64,000 bases of DNA, taken from a virus (Duplodnaviria; Caudoviricetes). The notes beneath the pieces are model-generated. The model ran no database searches. It was given only the letters and a program-made list of their open reading frames with translations, and was not told the origin of the DNA. This document shows, piece after piece, positions 52,271 through 63,045 of this stretch. A program made the translations under genes and the position numbers. The number at the start of each line of letters is the position of its first letter. Position 1 is the first letter of the stretch. Location of the stretch: the IMG/VR virus record IMGVR_UViG_641736147_000004, positions 40,088 to 104,087 of that record. One strand, 5' to 3'.

Positions 52271-52361
52271 GGGAGGATTGTATGAGGATCGAACTCACAT
52301 CTTTGATTTTATATGGGGGGAGGGTAATAAAATCAGTATTTTACCGTTAAACTAACAATCC
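52271..52361 (-). ncRNA. tRNA-like RNA with extended anticodon arm and C-rich loop
   Basis: Acceptor GGATTGT/ACAATCC, D arm, T arm GTGAG-TTCGATC-CTCAT; 9-bp stem closing 14-nt loop TACCCTCCCCCCAT; ends TCCC. Confidence 0.75.
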
Positions 52362-52495
52362 ATATTTCCTATGAAATTAATCATAGGAATTTAATTTACT
52401 TTCTTAATGCTATTAGCTAAAACAAAAAAATTTTAACAAATCGGTACTTTCCCCAAAAATATAAATTTGACTCTGCCTACCCCCATAGGCACGAT

Positions 52496-52717
52496 TTATT
52501 CTTCTGGAATTTCTTCTGATTCTGCCTTTTCTTTAAATGATAATACTCCATATTTTCCATTGAAATATTTAATTTCATCTAAATCAGTTAGCAATTTGAA
52601 TTCTGTATCTTCTTCGGTTTGAAAATAAATTTTTCCATCTTCAATTTTAAAATCAGCTTCAACCTGTCCAATTGTATTCTCTGTTCTTTTAAACTTAACT
52701 AATTTCTTTTCTGCCAT
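52496..52717 (-). CDS. Small phage protein (YonK-like position)
   Basis: 73 aa, SD, synteny. Confidence 0.55.
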   Translation of the reverse strand: MAEKKLVKFKRTENTIGQVEADFKIEDGKIYFQTEEDTEFKLLTDLDEIKYFNGKYGVLSFKEKAESEEIPEE

Positions 52718-52796
52718 AAAACTTCATCCTTTCCATATTAAATAATGTATAATTATTCATTTTAATGATAGGGAAGAATAAAATTCCCCATATGTA

Positions 52797-53084
52797 CTAT
52801 TTATTATCTACTATTTCTTTAAGTTGTCTACCTGCTTTAAATACTGGAACTATCTTATCTTTTGAAGTATAAGTTTCACCTTTCTTTGATCCAAAATTAA
52901 TAGTTCCTGTTCTGCCTTTTTGTTCTCTAGTTTCAAAAGTTCCAAATCCTATTAGTTGTACCTTTTTACCTTCTTTTAAAGCCTCTTTAACACTTTCAAT
53001 AAATGCTTTTAGTGCTAGTTCAGCGTCCTTTTTTGTTAATACTGCCTTTTCAGCCATTGAGTTTAGTAATTCAGTTTTGTTCAT
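52797..53084 (-). CDS. HU-family DNA-binding protein
   Basis: MNKTEL...VQLIGFGTFETRE...VPVFKAGRQLKE. Confidence 0.95.
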   Translation of the reverse strand: MNKTELLNSMAEKAVLTKKDAELALKAFIESVKEALKEGKKVQLIGFGTFETREQKGRTGTINFGSKKGETYTSKDKIVPVFKAGRQLKEIVDNK

Positions 53085-53359
53085 AAAATATTTCTCCTTT
53101 CAATTTTTAAGTCACGTTGGACTATTTATGTTTTTAGTTTTTAATTTAATTTTATTAAAATGGGGAAGATTTATACAACCTCTGGGTTTTTGTAAATATA
53201 GATACTACCTGTCTCCCTTAGAGGAGATTACGTTTTTAGGTTATAAAAGTGCTTCAAACCCTTATACGCCAATGGTTTCATTGTATTTTCATACAATCAT
53301 AATTTTTCGTAGACACCCTTCAAACGTAGATATATCAAGGGTTACAAGGTTTGTTTAAA

Positions 53360-54022
53360 TCAAACACTTTTACGTTTCTTTCTATTATTAGCTGTCTTTT
53401 TTATATTTATTTCCTTAGCACATTTTGCACAATACTTAATTCTATTATTTATTATTTTAATTCTTTTACCACATTTTTCACATTGAATTGTATCTTTTAA
53501 TCTATTTTTAATATTTGTTTTTAAATTTTCTACTATTATATTACCAAAGCACTCCCATAATGTAGTTTTGAATTTGGCTTTTTTATCTCCATATAAGTAT
53601 TTAATTAAAACATCTGTTATGTACACTTCATCATTACAAACTTCTAATAATTGATTTTTAATATCTTGATATAAGAATACTACATTATCAACTTTTCCGT
53701 CCTTGTTCTTACCGATTAAGAAAGGTTTCTTCAAATCTAATTCGGTATATTTATCAATTATTTTCTTATCCATTTTCACTTTTTTATTATGCATTAACAT
53801 ATTATAATCAAATTTACCTAATTGTGTATTTTTAAAACTAATTCTAGGATTTGGGATAGTTTTTTCTAGCCTATTAACCACACTATTATTAATTGTTTCA
53901 ACTTTACTATTATCTTTGTCTTTAGCATATATAAAAAAATGAGGTACTTTTAATTTAGTATATTGATTTATTATTTTTTTCATTTTCTTTGGTCTTTGAG
54001 GTTTATATAATGTCTTAGCGTA
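53360..54022 (-). CDS. YonO-like single-subunit RNA polymerase, exon 2
   Basis: Begins YAKTLYKP; PHFFIYAK; C-terminal CxxC..CxxC. Confidence 0.85.
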   Translation of the reverse strand, partial: YAKTLYKPQRPKKMKKIINQYTKLKVPHFFIYAKDKDNSKVETINNSVVNRLEKTIPNPRISFKNTQLGKFDYNMLMHNKKVKMDKKIIDKYTELDLKKPFLIGKNKDGKVDNVVFLYQDIKNQLLEVCNDEVYITDVLIKYLYGDKKAKFKTTLWECFGNIIVENLKTNIKNRLKDTIQCEKCGKRIKIINNRIKYCAKCAKEINIKKTANNRKKRKSV

Positions 54023-54380
54023 CCTTTATACCCTCGGTTTCCCGATATTTATTAGGGGAGTAGACTATATCTTCACCCTATGTCTATTCATAGGCTTTTC
54101 AGGACTTCTCGTGTATGGCACTTCCAAATAAGGAATTTCACCTTAAATGTACGGATTTCATCTCCATTTAGGAGGTATATCCTAGTCGTTTGACCCACAA
54201 ATAGATTGCTTGGCACAGGATTATCATACCTTCTTTTTATAAAAGTGGCTTTAGATTTCCCCTGTTAGCATATCTATTAACTATCATTTCCTATAGCTAC
54301 TAAACGTTAGATATACACCCTAGATTTCTAGGTTCACCATATTTTCTATATATATTACTATATAAAGCGACTAAAATTTA
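54023..54380 (-). ncRNA. Group I intron (358 nt, no ORF) in RNA polymerase gene
   Basis: P1 CGAU/GUCG; largely identical to tape-measure intron; terminal G at 54023 restores NNFTID-YAKT (885 aa). Confidence 0.9.
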
Positions 54381-56375
54381 ATCGATCGTGAAATTGTTCT
54401 CCATGCATAATAGCTTAATTACATCAAGATTAATATTATCACTATTCCATATCTTACTTATATTATTACTAATTTCACCTATATTTCCTCCTGTGTAAGC
54501 ACTTTTCAATCCATCGTATATACTTTGACTATTAATTATTGTAGGTTCAGCCTTTCTCATATTGTAATACAAAGGAACAATTCCCTTCATATTTCTTTTT
54601 GCTACTTCAACAAGTAGTGGTTCAGCACATACTAATGATTTATCACCATCTACATCAAACATTAATATTTTACTTATAACATCATGTGTACTAGTATATA
54701 TTGCTTTAGTATTAAACCATCTTTTCATTTCCTTTATTCGATCTTCATTTTCCTCACTCTTATATGCTACATTTTTTCTTACTGCGTGTTCTCTATATAA
54801 ATGAGGACTTCTTAAACAGTCTAATTCAGGTTTATTATCATAAAAGCTACACCATACTTCACCATTCTGCAATAATCCTTTAGGATTTTCTTCATGTAAA
54901 AATAGCCATTCACAAAATGCATATGTATCAGGTGCTAAGAATGTATATATGGCATCTATATCTAACTTACCTGCTCTGCCTTCTTTCACTAAACTCTTTT
55001 TAACATTTTTTAATATTTCTTTATTATATGTATCATTTAACAACTCTGGATATATTTCTAATGATTGCTGTAAATAGTTTTTATTTCTATTTGCAGAAGT
55101 GACACCTAAAACCTTTAGCATAGTATTCTTATCATTACTTATATTTTTAATTTTATTAATAGTCTTTTTAGATATCTCTTGTAGTTCCGTATCAGTTATA
55201 TCCGTCAATGTTTGCAACATTTGATAATTAATTTTGGCTTTCTGAAATTTGTCTTCTTCCTCATTACATGTTCCTGCTTGACAATTATATTTGATGAAGT
55301 TGTCTATATATTCTTCCCAACTTTTATAATATTTCCACATTTTAAATTGACTTTTGGTAAATATAATTTCTATTTTTTCTTTTAATATGTCATGTTCCTT
55401 CCCATATATATCTTTTACTATACCACAATATTTACCTAATTCTTTACTTTTTTCTCTAATAAATTTATTAAATGGTGATGATATTAATAACCCCTTGACC
55501 CAAGGTGATCTAAACATTCTATTTCTACCTAATTTAGGTATCATTATTCCACAACCATCCATGTGAGGAATTGGCACATCTTTGATAACTCTTTCTATTG
55601 TATATGTTTCATCATCAATCAAATCTACAGTTTCTTTTACATTGGTCTCAAAATCATCTACTACTATAGTTTTAGTTATATCAAAGCCCTTCCATTCATC
55701 TGTAGCACTATTGTTTAATGCTAAATATGCTAAATATTTATTTATGTTCACTCCACCATATTCATTAATTCTTTCTATAGTTAATCCACAACTTAGAGTA
55801 TTATAATATTTTTGTAGTTGGCTTTCTTTTATAAATACAGTTTTCTTAGTTCTTATTTGTCCTGCACTAGCAGTTAAACAAATATACTTTTCTCCTTTAA
55901 GCATAAACCCTTCTAAAATTAAATCTTCGATTATTTCAAAGAAATAAGTTTGTACAATTATTAAATCTTCAGTTAGCATATCTACAGGTACTTGCATAAC
56001 TCTAGTTAATGTTGATTCAAATACGGAAATTATATTTTTTATATTTAGATATTCTTGATTTAGTTCTCTAATATTGTTGTTTGTATGATTTAATTGTCTT
56101 GTTTCTTTAAATTCAACATATAATGTATCTTTTATTGTTTTTATTTTCTTATTTATATTTTTAAATGAGTGGTCTGTCATTTTATATAAAACGTCATATT
56201 GAATTTTAGAATCCTCACCTTTACACTTATCTATTTTCTGATTTATTTTATTTAGTTTTTTATTTAATGTTTTTCTAAATAAGTAATACTTGTTTAGTCT
56301 GTTATGTATCTTCATTTCATTTTCATTATAAAAAGCACTTGTATCTACACTATATATATGTATTTGTTTATTCAA
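54381..56375 (-). CDS. YonO-like single-subunit RNA polymerase, exon 1
   Basis: Catalytic FDVDGD, LRSPH, HMDGCG; upstream of HU as in SPbeta. Confidence 0.9.
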
Positions 56376-56760
56376 ACTAATAACAATCTCCTCCCTTTAT
56401 TTTAATCATCTTAACTCTCCAACAATACTACCGTTGAAATTTCATCAATAAGCGTTTAATTCCATCTCAATGATAAATTATATGACTTTGCATCTACATT
56501 TCATTTATCATTAAAATTCTCACCATAGAATCAAGGCTACAGCCTATTCAATAATTAATCATTTTTATAATATTTGATGATATTTTTATAAATTATATTT
56601 TGTATATTATTTTAATTTAATTTTATAATTAAATTACTTATAAATTTTTAAAATCTCATTTACCGTACTACCATGAAATTTTAACCTTCTATTGATTTAT
56701 TTTAATTAAATGATACGATATTAAGAAAACATGGTAGATTTCATTTTATGACCATTTGTC

Positions 56761-57102
56761 TCACGATAGAATGCGACCTACAGCCGTTTTGAAACTCTTT
56801 AATTTTCTTAAATTTAACTCATTTTTTAGAATAGTCATTTCAACCCACTCATCTACTACTTCTGAATCCAATATTCCCATTACTAATAGTACGTACATCA
56901 ATTCAGTTATCTCATTATCTGTACCAAATTTTATATCATACGTATATTGTCCGTATTCTTTGCTATAAGACACTTTAAACTCTTTACCTTTATATATACC
57001 TTCTACGACATTAAACCTCTCATATGAACTCATATGATTGATTTTTATATGTTTAGTGTTTTTTAATATTTCATTTCTTACAATCTCATATGTATTATCC
57101 AT
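56761..57102 (-). CDS. Hypothetical protein
   Basis: 113 aa with SD. Confidence 0.6.
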   Translation of the reverse strand: MDNTYEIVRNEILKNTKHIKINHMSSYERFNVVEGIYKGKEFKVSYSKEYGQYTYDIKFGTDNEITELMYVLLVMGILDSEVVDEWVEMTILKNELNLRKLKSFKTAVGRILS

Positions 57103-57121
57103 TATTTCATGTCATCTCCTT

Positions 57122-57445
57122 TTACAGTCTCATTTTTTCTTCATTATGTAATATAAATGTTATTTTCTTATCTACACATTCCCATAACACACTGTCTAAG
57201 TCCTTATTATTAATTCTGTATGTATATAAGTTTGATTTACTATTTCCTTCTGTCGTTAGCTTTTGTTTAAGTATGATCCCTTGAGCTTTGAATAGTACCT
57301 TATCATTTCTGTCTAATATTTCTATTCTCACTTCATCACCTAACATACCATTTAACATTGGACTTATTGGTATATACTTGTCTCCTGTATATATTGCATA
57401 ATCTCCATTCTTATTAAAATCTAATTTTCCTATTATCTTTTTCAT
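57122..57445 (-). CDS. Hypothetical protein
   Basis: 107 aa with SD AAGGAG. Confidence 0.6.
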   Translation of the reverse strand: MKKIIGKLDFNKNGDYAIYTGDKYIPISPMLNGMLGDEVRIEILDRNDKVLFKAQGIILKQKLTTEGNSKSNLYTYRINNKDLDSVLWECVDKKITFILHNEEKMRL

Positions 57446-57499
57446 AATTCCACTCCTTATATTTTATATTTTTATTTTTTAATTAAGTTTTATATAATC

Positions 57500-57545
57500 T
57501 TATTACATTTTTATCTTTGGTATTTTTATGTGTTTATCTTATGTT
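57500..57545. repeat. 46-bp intergenic direct repeat copy 1
   Basis: Two mismatches to 58441-58486. Confidence 0.85.
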
Positions 57546-57584
57546 GAATATGTATAATTAAAATTATCTATATATATGTATATG

Positions 57585-58388
57585 TTATTTGTTCCAATTG
57601 TCTATATTATTTATAACCCATTTTCTTCCCTTTTCATACCATTTAAATGTTTGTGACCATTCATTAATATGATAGTCTGCGTAGTTTTCTTTTAACAGAA
57701 AATCATAGTTTGCATAAGGCTTATATATTTTACCTTGTTTATATAGAATTTTATTTTCCCTTAATATTTTATATAATTTTCTATCTGTAATACCTAAATC
57801 TTTAGCAACGTCATTAGTTGTAATTAATTTATCTGCATGTAATACTGTATCATGGTAATCTATTTTAATTTTATTTCTTTGATTATATTTATACAATTCA
57901 TTTACTGCTATAGCTCTGTCTGACTCATTTTCAGCAAACATTATGTCCATGAACAAAAGTTTTTCTTTGTTAATTTCTTTTGTTTTCTGTTCATCGTCAG
58001 TCTTTTCTTCTATATTTAATAATTGTGTACGAACTTCTTTTGCTACTTCGCTATCTCTCAATAACATTCCAACTCTTAATACTGCACGTCTTGAATAAAT
58101 AGTAATAACGGTTGTGACATTTTGTAACGACCCTTTTGTTATTTCTTGAACTTTCTTAATCCCTCTAATTGTTTTAACACCATCTTCGCTTAATTCATTT
58201 TTAAATCTAGTTTTTATTTGTCTTATATTTTCCTCCGTGGTTTCATAATACTCAGCAACTTGTTTTGTTGTTGCAAATTTTGTATCCGGTAATAGTAATA
58301 ACTGTTTTACTTTATCCAACACCTCAATTTTACCTATTAATTTTTCTCTTAATTCCTCTTGTTCTGTTAATTGTTGTTCTTTTATCAT
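57585..58388 (-). CDS. Antirepressor-like protein with C-terminal KilAC domain
   Basis: RAVLRVGMLLRDSEVAKEVR; ITTNDVAKDLG...KWYEKGRKW. Confidence 0.75.
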   Translation of the reverse strand: MIKEQQLTEQEELREKLIGKIEVLDKVKQLLLLPDTKFATTKQVAEYYETTEENIRQIKTRFKNELSEDGVKTIRGIKKVQEITKGSLQNVTTVITIYSRRAVLRVGMLLRDSEVAKEVRTQLLNIEEKTDDEQKTKEINKEKLLFMDIMFAENESDRAIAVNELYKYNQRNKIKIDYHDTVLHADKLITTNDVAKDLGITDRKLYKILRENKILYKQGKIYKPYANYDFLLKENYADYHINEWSQTFKWYEKGRKWVINNIDNWNK

Positions 58389-58440
58389 TGAATCATCCTC
58401 TCTATTTTTGTTTTTTATTTTTTGATTAATTCTATTTATA

Positions 58441-58486
58441 TTATTACATTTTTATATTTGGTACTTTTATGTGTTTATCTTATGTT
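58441..58486. repeat. 46-bp intergenic direct repeat copy 2
   Basis: Two mismatches to 57500-57545. Confidence 0.85.
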
Positions 58487-58508
58487 AGAACTATTAAATA
58501 TGTATATG

Positions 58509-58994
58509 TTATTTAGTCTTTAATCTTCTATCAGCTCTTTGTCTTAACTTTTCATGTTTAGGAAACCATGCTTGAATACCTCTCATTACCGTATCATAGT
58601 TTCTTTTTTTAGTAGTTGCTATTTTTGCTCCCATTCCATAGTTTCTTTTTAATATACTATACAAATTGCTTATGTATGTTCGATAATATTTGTCTATTAA
58701 ATCTTGATTATAGTCTAATACCTCATTTACTCTGGTTCTACATTTCTGATTAATCATATTGCGTTGTTCGTCTGTGATTTCCTCATTTAATTCTAAATTG
58801 TCCATTCTATCTTGGATATTTGTTATCTCACCTGTTATTTTATTATATTGGGTCGCAAGTCCCCTTACTGTATTCTTTGTACTTACTAATTCTGCCTTCA
58901 TAACTTCTGTTGTTTCCATAGAATTTTGACTAACCATTAATAAATTTCCCATCATTTGTTGTAATTCTTGTCCATTAAATTGTTTATTTTCCAT
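58509..58994 (-). CDS. Hypothetical protein, ORF6C-like
   Basis: Coiled coil then helical domain ending TKKRNYD...AWFP. Confidence 0.5.
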   Translation of the reverse strand: MENKQFNGQELQQMMGNLLMVSQNSMETTEVMKAELVSTKNTVRGLATQYNKITGEITNIQDRMDNLELNEEITDEQRNMINQKCRTRVNEVLDYNQDLIDKYYRTYISNLYSILKRNYGMGAKIATTKKRNYDTVMRGIQAWFPKHEKLRQRADRRLKTK

Positions 58995-59028
58995 ACTAAA
59001 ATTCCCCCTAATTTATATTTCTATTATT

Positions 59029-60249
59029 TTAAACATATTGTTTCATATTTGATTTAACTGCTAAAACCCAATCTTCCATTAATCGAACTGCCTTTATGTA
59101 TGATTTCTTTTCATATGGTGGTAACTCATTTATATGTTCTGCTAACCATGCTAAACCTGAACTTGTCTCTATAAAACTATGTACTCTAGTGCAAAATGTT
59201 AATGCGCTATCTTGTAGCTTCTTAGTATAATTTTCACTTTCTGATTTTTCCTTTATGCTACGAATTTCATCCTCTAAATTAAACATTTGCTTTACTTTTG
59301 AATCATATTCTTTTTTTAAATTATTGTAATATTCATCCTTTTTCTTTATCTTATTTTTTAAATCTATGTAATCATCTGGTACTATCTCCTTTTCAATTGT
59401 AACTTCCTTTATAATTTCCTTAGGTTTTTCTTCTAGTTGCTTTTTCAAACCTTCCACTTTGTTTTTTATATTTTCTAGTGCATTATATTTATTACTTAAT
59501 TCATTAAAGCATTTTTGTAACTCTTTATTTTCATCCTCTAATTGCTTTTTCTCGCTTATAATTTGTTCTGTTTTCTTTTGTGTAAGCTGTTTAATCTTTT
59601 CTTGACCAATATCATTAAAAAACTTTTCTTGTTCATCCTGTGGCATTTTAGCCCATATTTTATATGCCGTAGTAGATTTCAAAGCACCTGTTTCAACTAA
59701 TGATTGTAGTTCGGGGATTAATTCATTGAGTTTTTTATAATTTTGTAATTGTCTTTGATCGATTCCTATTTGTTTGGCTAAATCATCTTGTGTTTTATTT
59801 GGAGCTTCAACGAAATTATTTCCATTAAGCTCTTTATTTGTATATTGATTGCTACCATTACCTCCTTTTTTAACTCCATATATTCGTTCTAACTCCCTAA
59901 TACATCTCGCCATCTTCATAGGATTTACATTACCTACACCCCTTTGCATGATGTTTGTACATATCAAATCTTCTAATATCATATCTTCTTTTGAAATATG
60001 TAATTTCTCATCTTCATCAGGATAATGAGTTATTCTACATGGTATTTCTAATATACCAATCTCTTTACAAGCTTTAACTCTTTGATGCCCACTTACTATT
60101 AATAAGTCTTGAGTTACTACTATTGCCTCAACCACACCCCTCCTTACTATAGATTTTATAAAATCGTCCCATCTTTCTTTAGGAATATCATCGAAGAACT
60201 CTTGATTTCTTGGATGTGGTTGTAATTTTAATATTTCTATCATTTGCAT
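59029..60249 (-). CDS. ParB N-terminal domain protein with HTH and coiled coil
   Basis: LQPHPRN...IVSGHQRVKAC; TQDDLAKQIG. Confidence 0.85.
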   Translation of the reverse strand: MQMIEILKLQPHPRNQEFFDDIPKERWDDFIKSIVRRGVVEAIVVTQDLLIVSGHQRVKACKEIGILEIPCRITHYPDEDEKLHISKEDMILEDLICTNIMQRGVGNVNPMKMARCIRELERIYGVKKGGNGSNQYTNKELNGNNFVEAPNKTQDDLAKQIGIDQRQLQNYKKLNELIPELQSLVETGALKSTTAYKIWAKMPQDEQEKFFNDIGQEKIKQLTQKKTEQIISEKKQLEDENKELQKCFNELSNKYNALENIKNKVEGLKKQLEEKPKEIIKEVTIEKEIVPDDYIDLKNKIKKKDEYYNNLKKEYDSKVKQMFNLEDEIRSIKEKSESENYTKKLQDSALTFCTRVHSFIETSSGLAWLAEHINELPPYEKKSYIKAVRLMEDWVLAVKSNMKQYV

Positions 60250-60511
60250 AGGTCAATCATCCCTTCTTTATATGTTTTAACTTGTCTTTATTGGTTATCA
60301 TCAATACAACTTCTAATTTCTTGTGATTTAAGTCATTTTATCATCTTCCTTTCTATTCTCGTTCCTATTGTAAGAAACTTTATATTTGTTTAAAATATTT
60401 TAATTTGTCTTTATTATTACTTTTCAGTTACATTCGTTTCGTTCTTGTCTACATTTATTATATTACCACCTCTCCTAAACTATGTCAAGTATTATTTTAA
60501 TTAATTTTTAT

Positions 60512-61270
60512 TTAATTTGAATAATTTTTCTTTTGGGTATTGCTTCGTTTAATATTGCTATTGATCTTATCAGTATATACTAACCCTTTAGCACCTATTT
60601 CTATTTGCAACTGTTTATTAAAGTTAATATCATCTCCATACTTACCAAAATAAGTGGAACAATAATGTCTATCTTGTGTGATATAGTTATTGTTATATAT
60701 GATTAGATTTAAGTCTTCTGCAAGTATTTTATTATATTTAGTTACAGTTTTGCTATGATTAATAATATTCTTAATAGAACTTTGAGTTAGCCATCCAAAC
60801 TTAGCGTTATTATTAATTACTCTTTGAATAGCTATGTAATACCTAACAAAAGCAAACCTATCTATATTTGTATTATGTAAGTAATTGAATATCTTATCAA
60901 GATCATAGTCATATATGCAAAAGTAATTATCAAAATCATTTTCTATTTCAATGTAGAACACATCTGAATTTTTAATAGTGTCAAATTCAATTGGACTATA
61001 GTGCAAGTCCATTATTTGTTTTATATATCCTTTAAACATAAGACCATTTATTGATGATTTAATTATTTTAATCATATTGCTATTCCTATTTAATATATAC
61101 ATATAATTCATCAATATATTAATACTAGCAATAGACACTTCTTTAATTGGACTATAATTCCTTTTTATTAAAGCCAATATTACCAATTCTTCATTTGTAA
61201 TATCATTGGAGATATGTAATTCATTTTTTAATGTAATGTAATATTCTTTATTTATCATGCTACTACCCAC
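60512..61270 (-). CDS. Hypothetical phage protein (possible DNA-binding/replication)
   Basis: 252-aa ORF; function not determinable. Confidence 0.55.
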   Translation of the reverse strand: MGSSMINKEYYITLKNELHISNDITNEELVILALIKRNYSPIKEVSIASINILMNYMYILNRNSNMIKIIKSSINGLMFKGYIKQIMDLHYSPIEFDTIKNSDVFYIEIENDFDNYFCIYDYDLDKIFNYLHNTNIDRFAFVRYYIAIQRVINNNAKFGWLTQSSIKNIINHSKTVTKYNKILAEDLNLIIYNNNYITQDRHYCSTYFGKYGDDINFNKQLQIEIGAKGLVYTDKINSNIKRSNTQKKNYSN

Positions 61271-61408
61271 CTATCCTGAAATTTTGAGCTGACGTTAGCA
61301 CGAACTTGTTCGGCTAACTCTAATTGTTTTTATTATATTTTCTTTTTATAATACTTTTCTTTTTATACACTTCAATCTTGTTGCATTTTTGCTTGGACTG
61401 TTCGCTTG

Positions 61409-61474
61409 TGCTATTGCAAAAACGCTTGGACTGGTCAAAATATGATGAACAGCGTAAGCGTTTTTGCAATAGCA
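61409..61474. repeat. 19-bp perfect inverted repeat
   Basis: TGCTATTGCAAAAACGCTT (61409-61427) / AAGCGTTTTTGCAATAGCA (61456-61474). Confidence 0.85.
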
Positions 61475-61710
61475 TATTTAAATTATCTTCATATATATTT
61501 TTTTAAAATTGTCATAAAAATTGATAGCTATATTTAATTAATTTGTGTTTTTGAATAAGAAAATATATTTTTGTCTACCTGTTTTATCTATAGACTGCTT
61601 GAAAGTGAACTACCGCCACTTATAGAAGATGGTGGCTTCGTGGTCAATATATCTAACGATACAAGTTTACCCACGCTCTAAAGGCTGAACCAACCTCAGT
61701 ATTACCAAAA

Positions 61711-62799
61711 TTATATAGCTAATTTCAGTAGATTTATTCCTGCATTTACATCTCTATCATGGTGTGTCCCACATTGTGGGCATATCCATTCTCTAAGTCC
61801 TAAGTTTTTTACTTCTTTATTTTTGTAACCACAATTAGAACATAATTGAGAACTTGCATAATTAGATGGAGCAATTATAATATTTCTTCCATACCATTCT
61901 GCCTTATATTCTAACATTGTTCTAAATTCATACCAACTAACTTCGCTTATTGCTTTGGCTAAATTATGATTTTGTAGCATATTTTTTACTTTTAAGTCTT
62001 CAATAACTATTGATTGGTTTTCTCTAATAAGTTTAATTGATAACTTATGTAAAAAATCTTTTCTTTGATTAGCAATCTTTTCATGTAATTTAGCAACTTT
62101 TAATCTAGCTTTATATCTATTATTGCTTCCTTTTTTCTTTCTTGATAAGTCCTTTTGTAACTTAGCTAGTCTTTTAGTTGTTTTTCTTAACCACTTAGGA
62201 TTTTCATATCTATCGCCATTTGAACAAACTGCAAATTCTTTTAGACCAACATCAACACCGATTTTATTTTCTACTTTTGGCAACTTTATATTTTCAGTAT
62301 CAATTAAAATTGATATATAATATTTGTTACTTGGTGTTTTAGATATAGTGCAACTTTTTATAAGTCCATTGAATTGTCTATGCAATTTAACTTTAATCAT
62401 AGATTTTAATTTAGGAATTTTAATATATCCATTTTCAATATATACAGTACCCTTTTGATTATTAGTTGTATAAGAAAATCTATTGCTCTTCTTACTTTTA
62501 AACTTAGGAAATCCTACAGATTTATCTCTAAAGAAATTTTTATATGCTTTATCTAAGTTCATCTGAGCATTTGCCAAAGCCAAACTATCAACTTCTTTTA
62601 ACCATGTAAATTCTTTCTTATACTGTGCAGGAGTTGGATATTTCACTTTTTTAATATCTAAATCCTTATTTTCTTCATAAGATTTGATTCTATCGGATAA
62701 CATTTGATTATAAATAAATCTAGTACAACCAAATGTTTTAGCTAAGTATATTTTTTGTTCTTCATTGGGATAAACTCTATATTTATAAGCTTTTAACAA
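61711..62799 (-). CDS. tnpB: TnpB RNA-guided endonuclease (IS605 type)
   Basis: [11 protein letters not shown]; GVDVG, IEDL, DRDVNA RuvC residues; Zn ribbon. Confidence 0.95.
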   Translation of the reverse strand: MLKAYKYRVYPNEEQKIYLAKTFGCTRFIYNQMLSDRIKSYEENKDLDIKKVKYPTPAQYKKEFTWLKEVDSLALANAQMNLDKAYKNFFRDKSVGFPKFKSKKSNRFSYTTNNQKGTVYIENGYIKIPKLKSMIKVKLHRQFNGLIKSCTISKTPSNKYYISILIDTENIKLPKVENKIGVDVGLKEFAVCSNGDRYENPKWLRKTTKRLAKLQKDLSRKKKGSNNRYKARLKVAKLHEKIANQRKDFLHKLSIKLIRENQSIVIEDLKVKNMLQNHNLAKAISEVSWYEFRTMLEYKAEWYGRNIIIAPSNYASSQLCSNCGYKNKEVKNLGLREWICPQCGTHHDRDVNAGINLLKLAI

Positions 62800-62809
62800 C
62801 TCCTACACC

Positions 62810-63045
62810 TCACTTTCTTCCTTGATTTTGAATATATTTCTTTATTACTTCTATTGGAGAACCACCTGTTGTAAGCAAACAATAACTTCTTGACCAAAAA
62901 TATTCTTTCCATAATTTTTGCCTTATTTGTGGGAATTCTTTTTTTATAAGTCTACTACTAGCACTCTTATAAGTATTTATAAATTTTGATAATTCACTAT
63001 TTGGGTGTGCTTTGAATAACACATGAACATGGTTTTTATCGTGTT
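62810..63045 (-). pseudogene. tnpA: 3' half of Y1 transposase, split by IS607-type insertion
   Basis: HUH motif HVHVL, FWSRSY, KKYIQNQ; homology stops at 63046. Confidence 0.85.

Larger units (their letters stand above)
61605..63045 (-). mobile_element. IS200/IS605-family element (right part; tnpA interrupted)
   Basis: Right end with subterminal hairpin ending GTTCAC at 61605; tnpB; 3' half of tnpA. Confidence 0.88.

Noticed and set aside
53077-53358. 93-aa plus-strand ORF between HU and RNAP
   Set aside because: Antisense to the probable late-promoter/leader region, no SD
61324-61506. 60-aa plus-strand ORF
   Set aside because: No SD; overlaps the inverted-repeat region; likely chance
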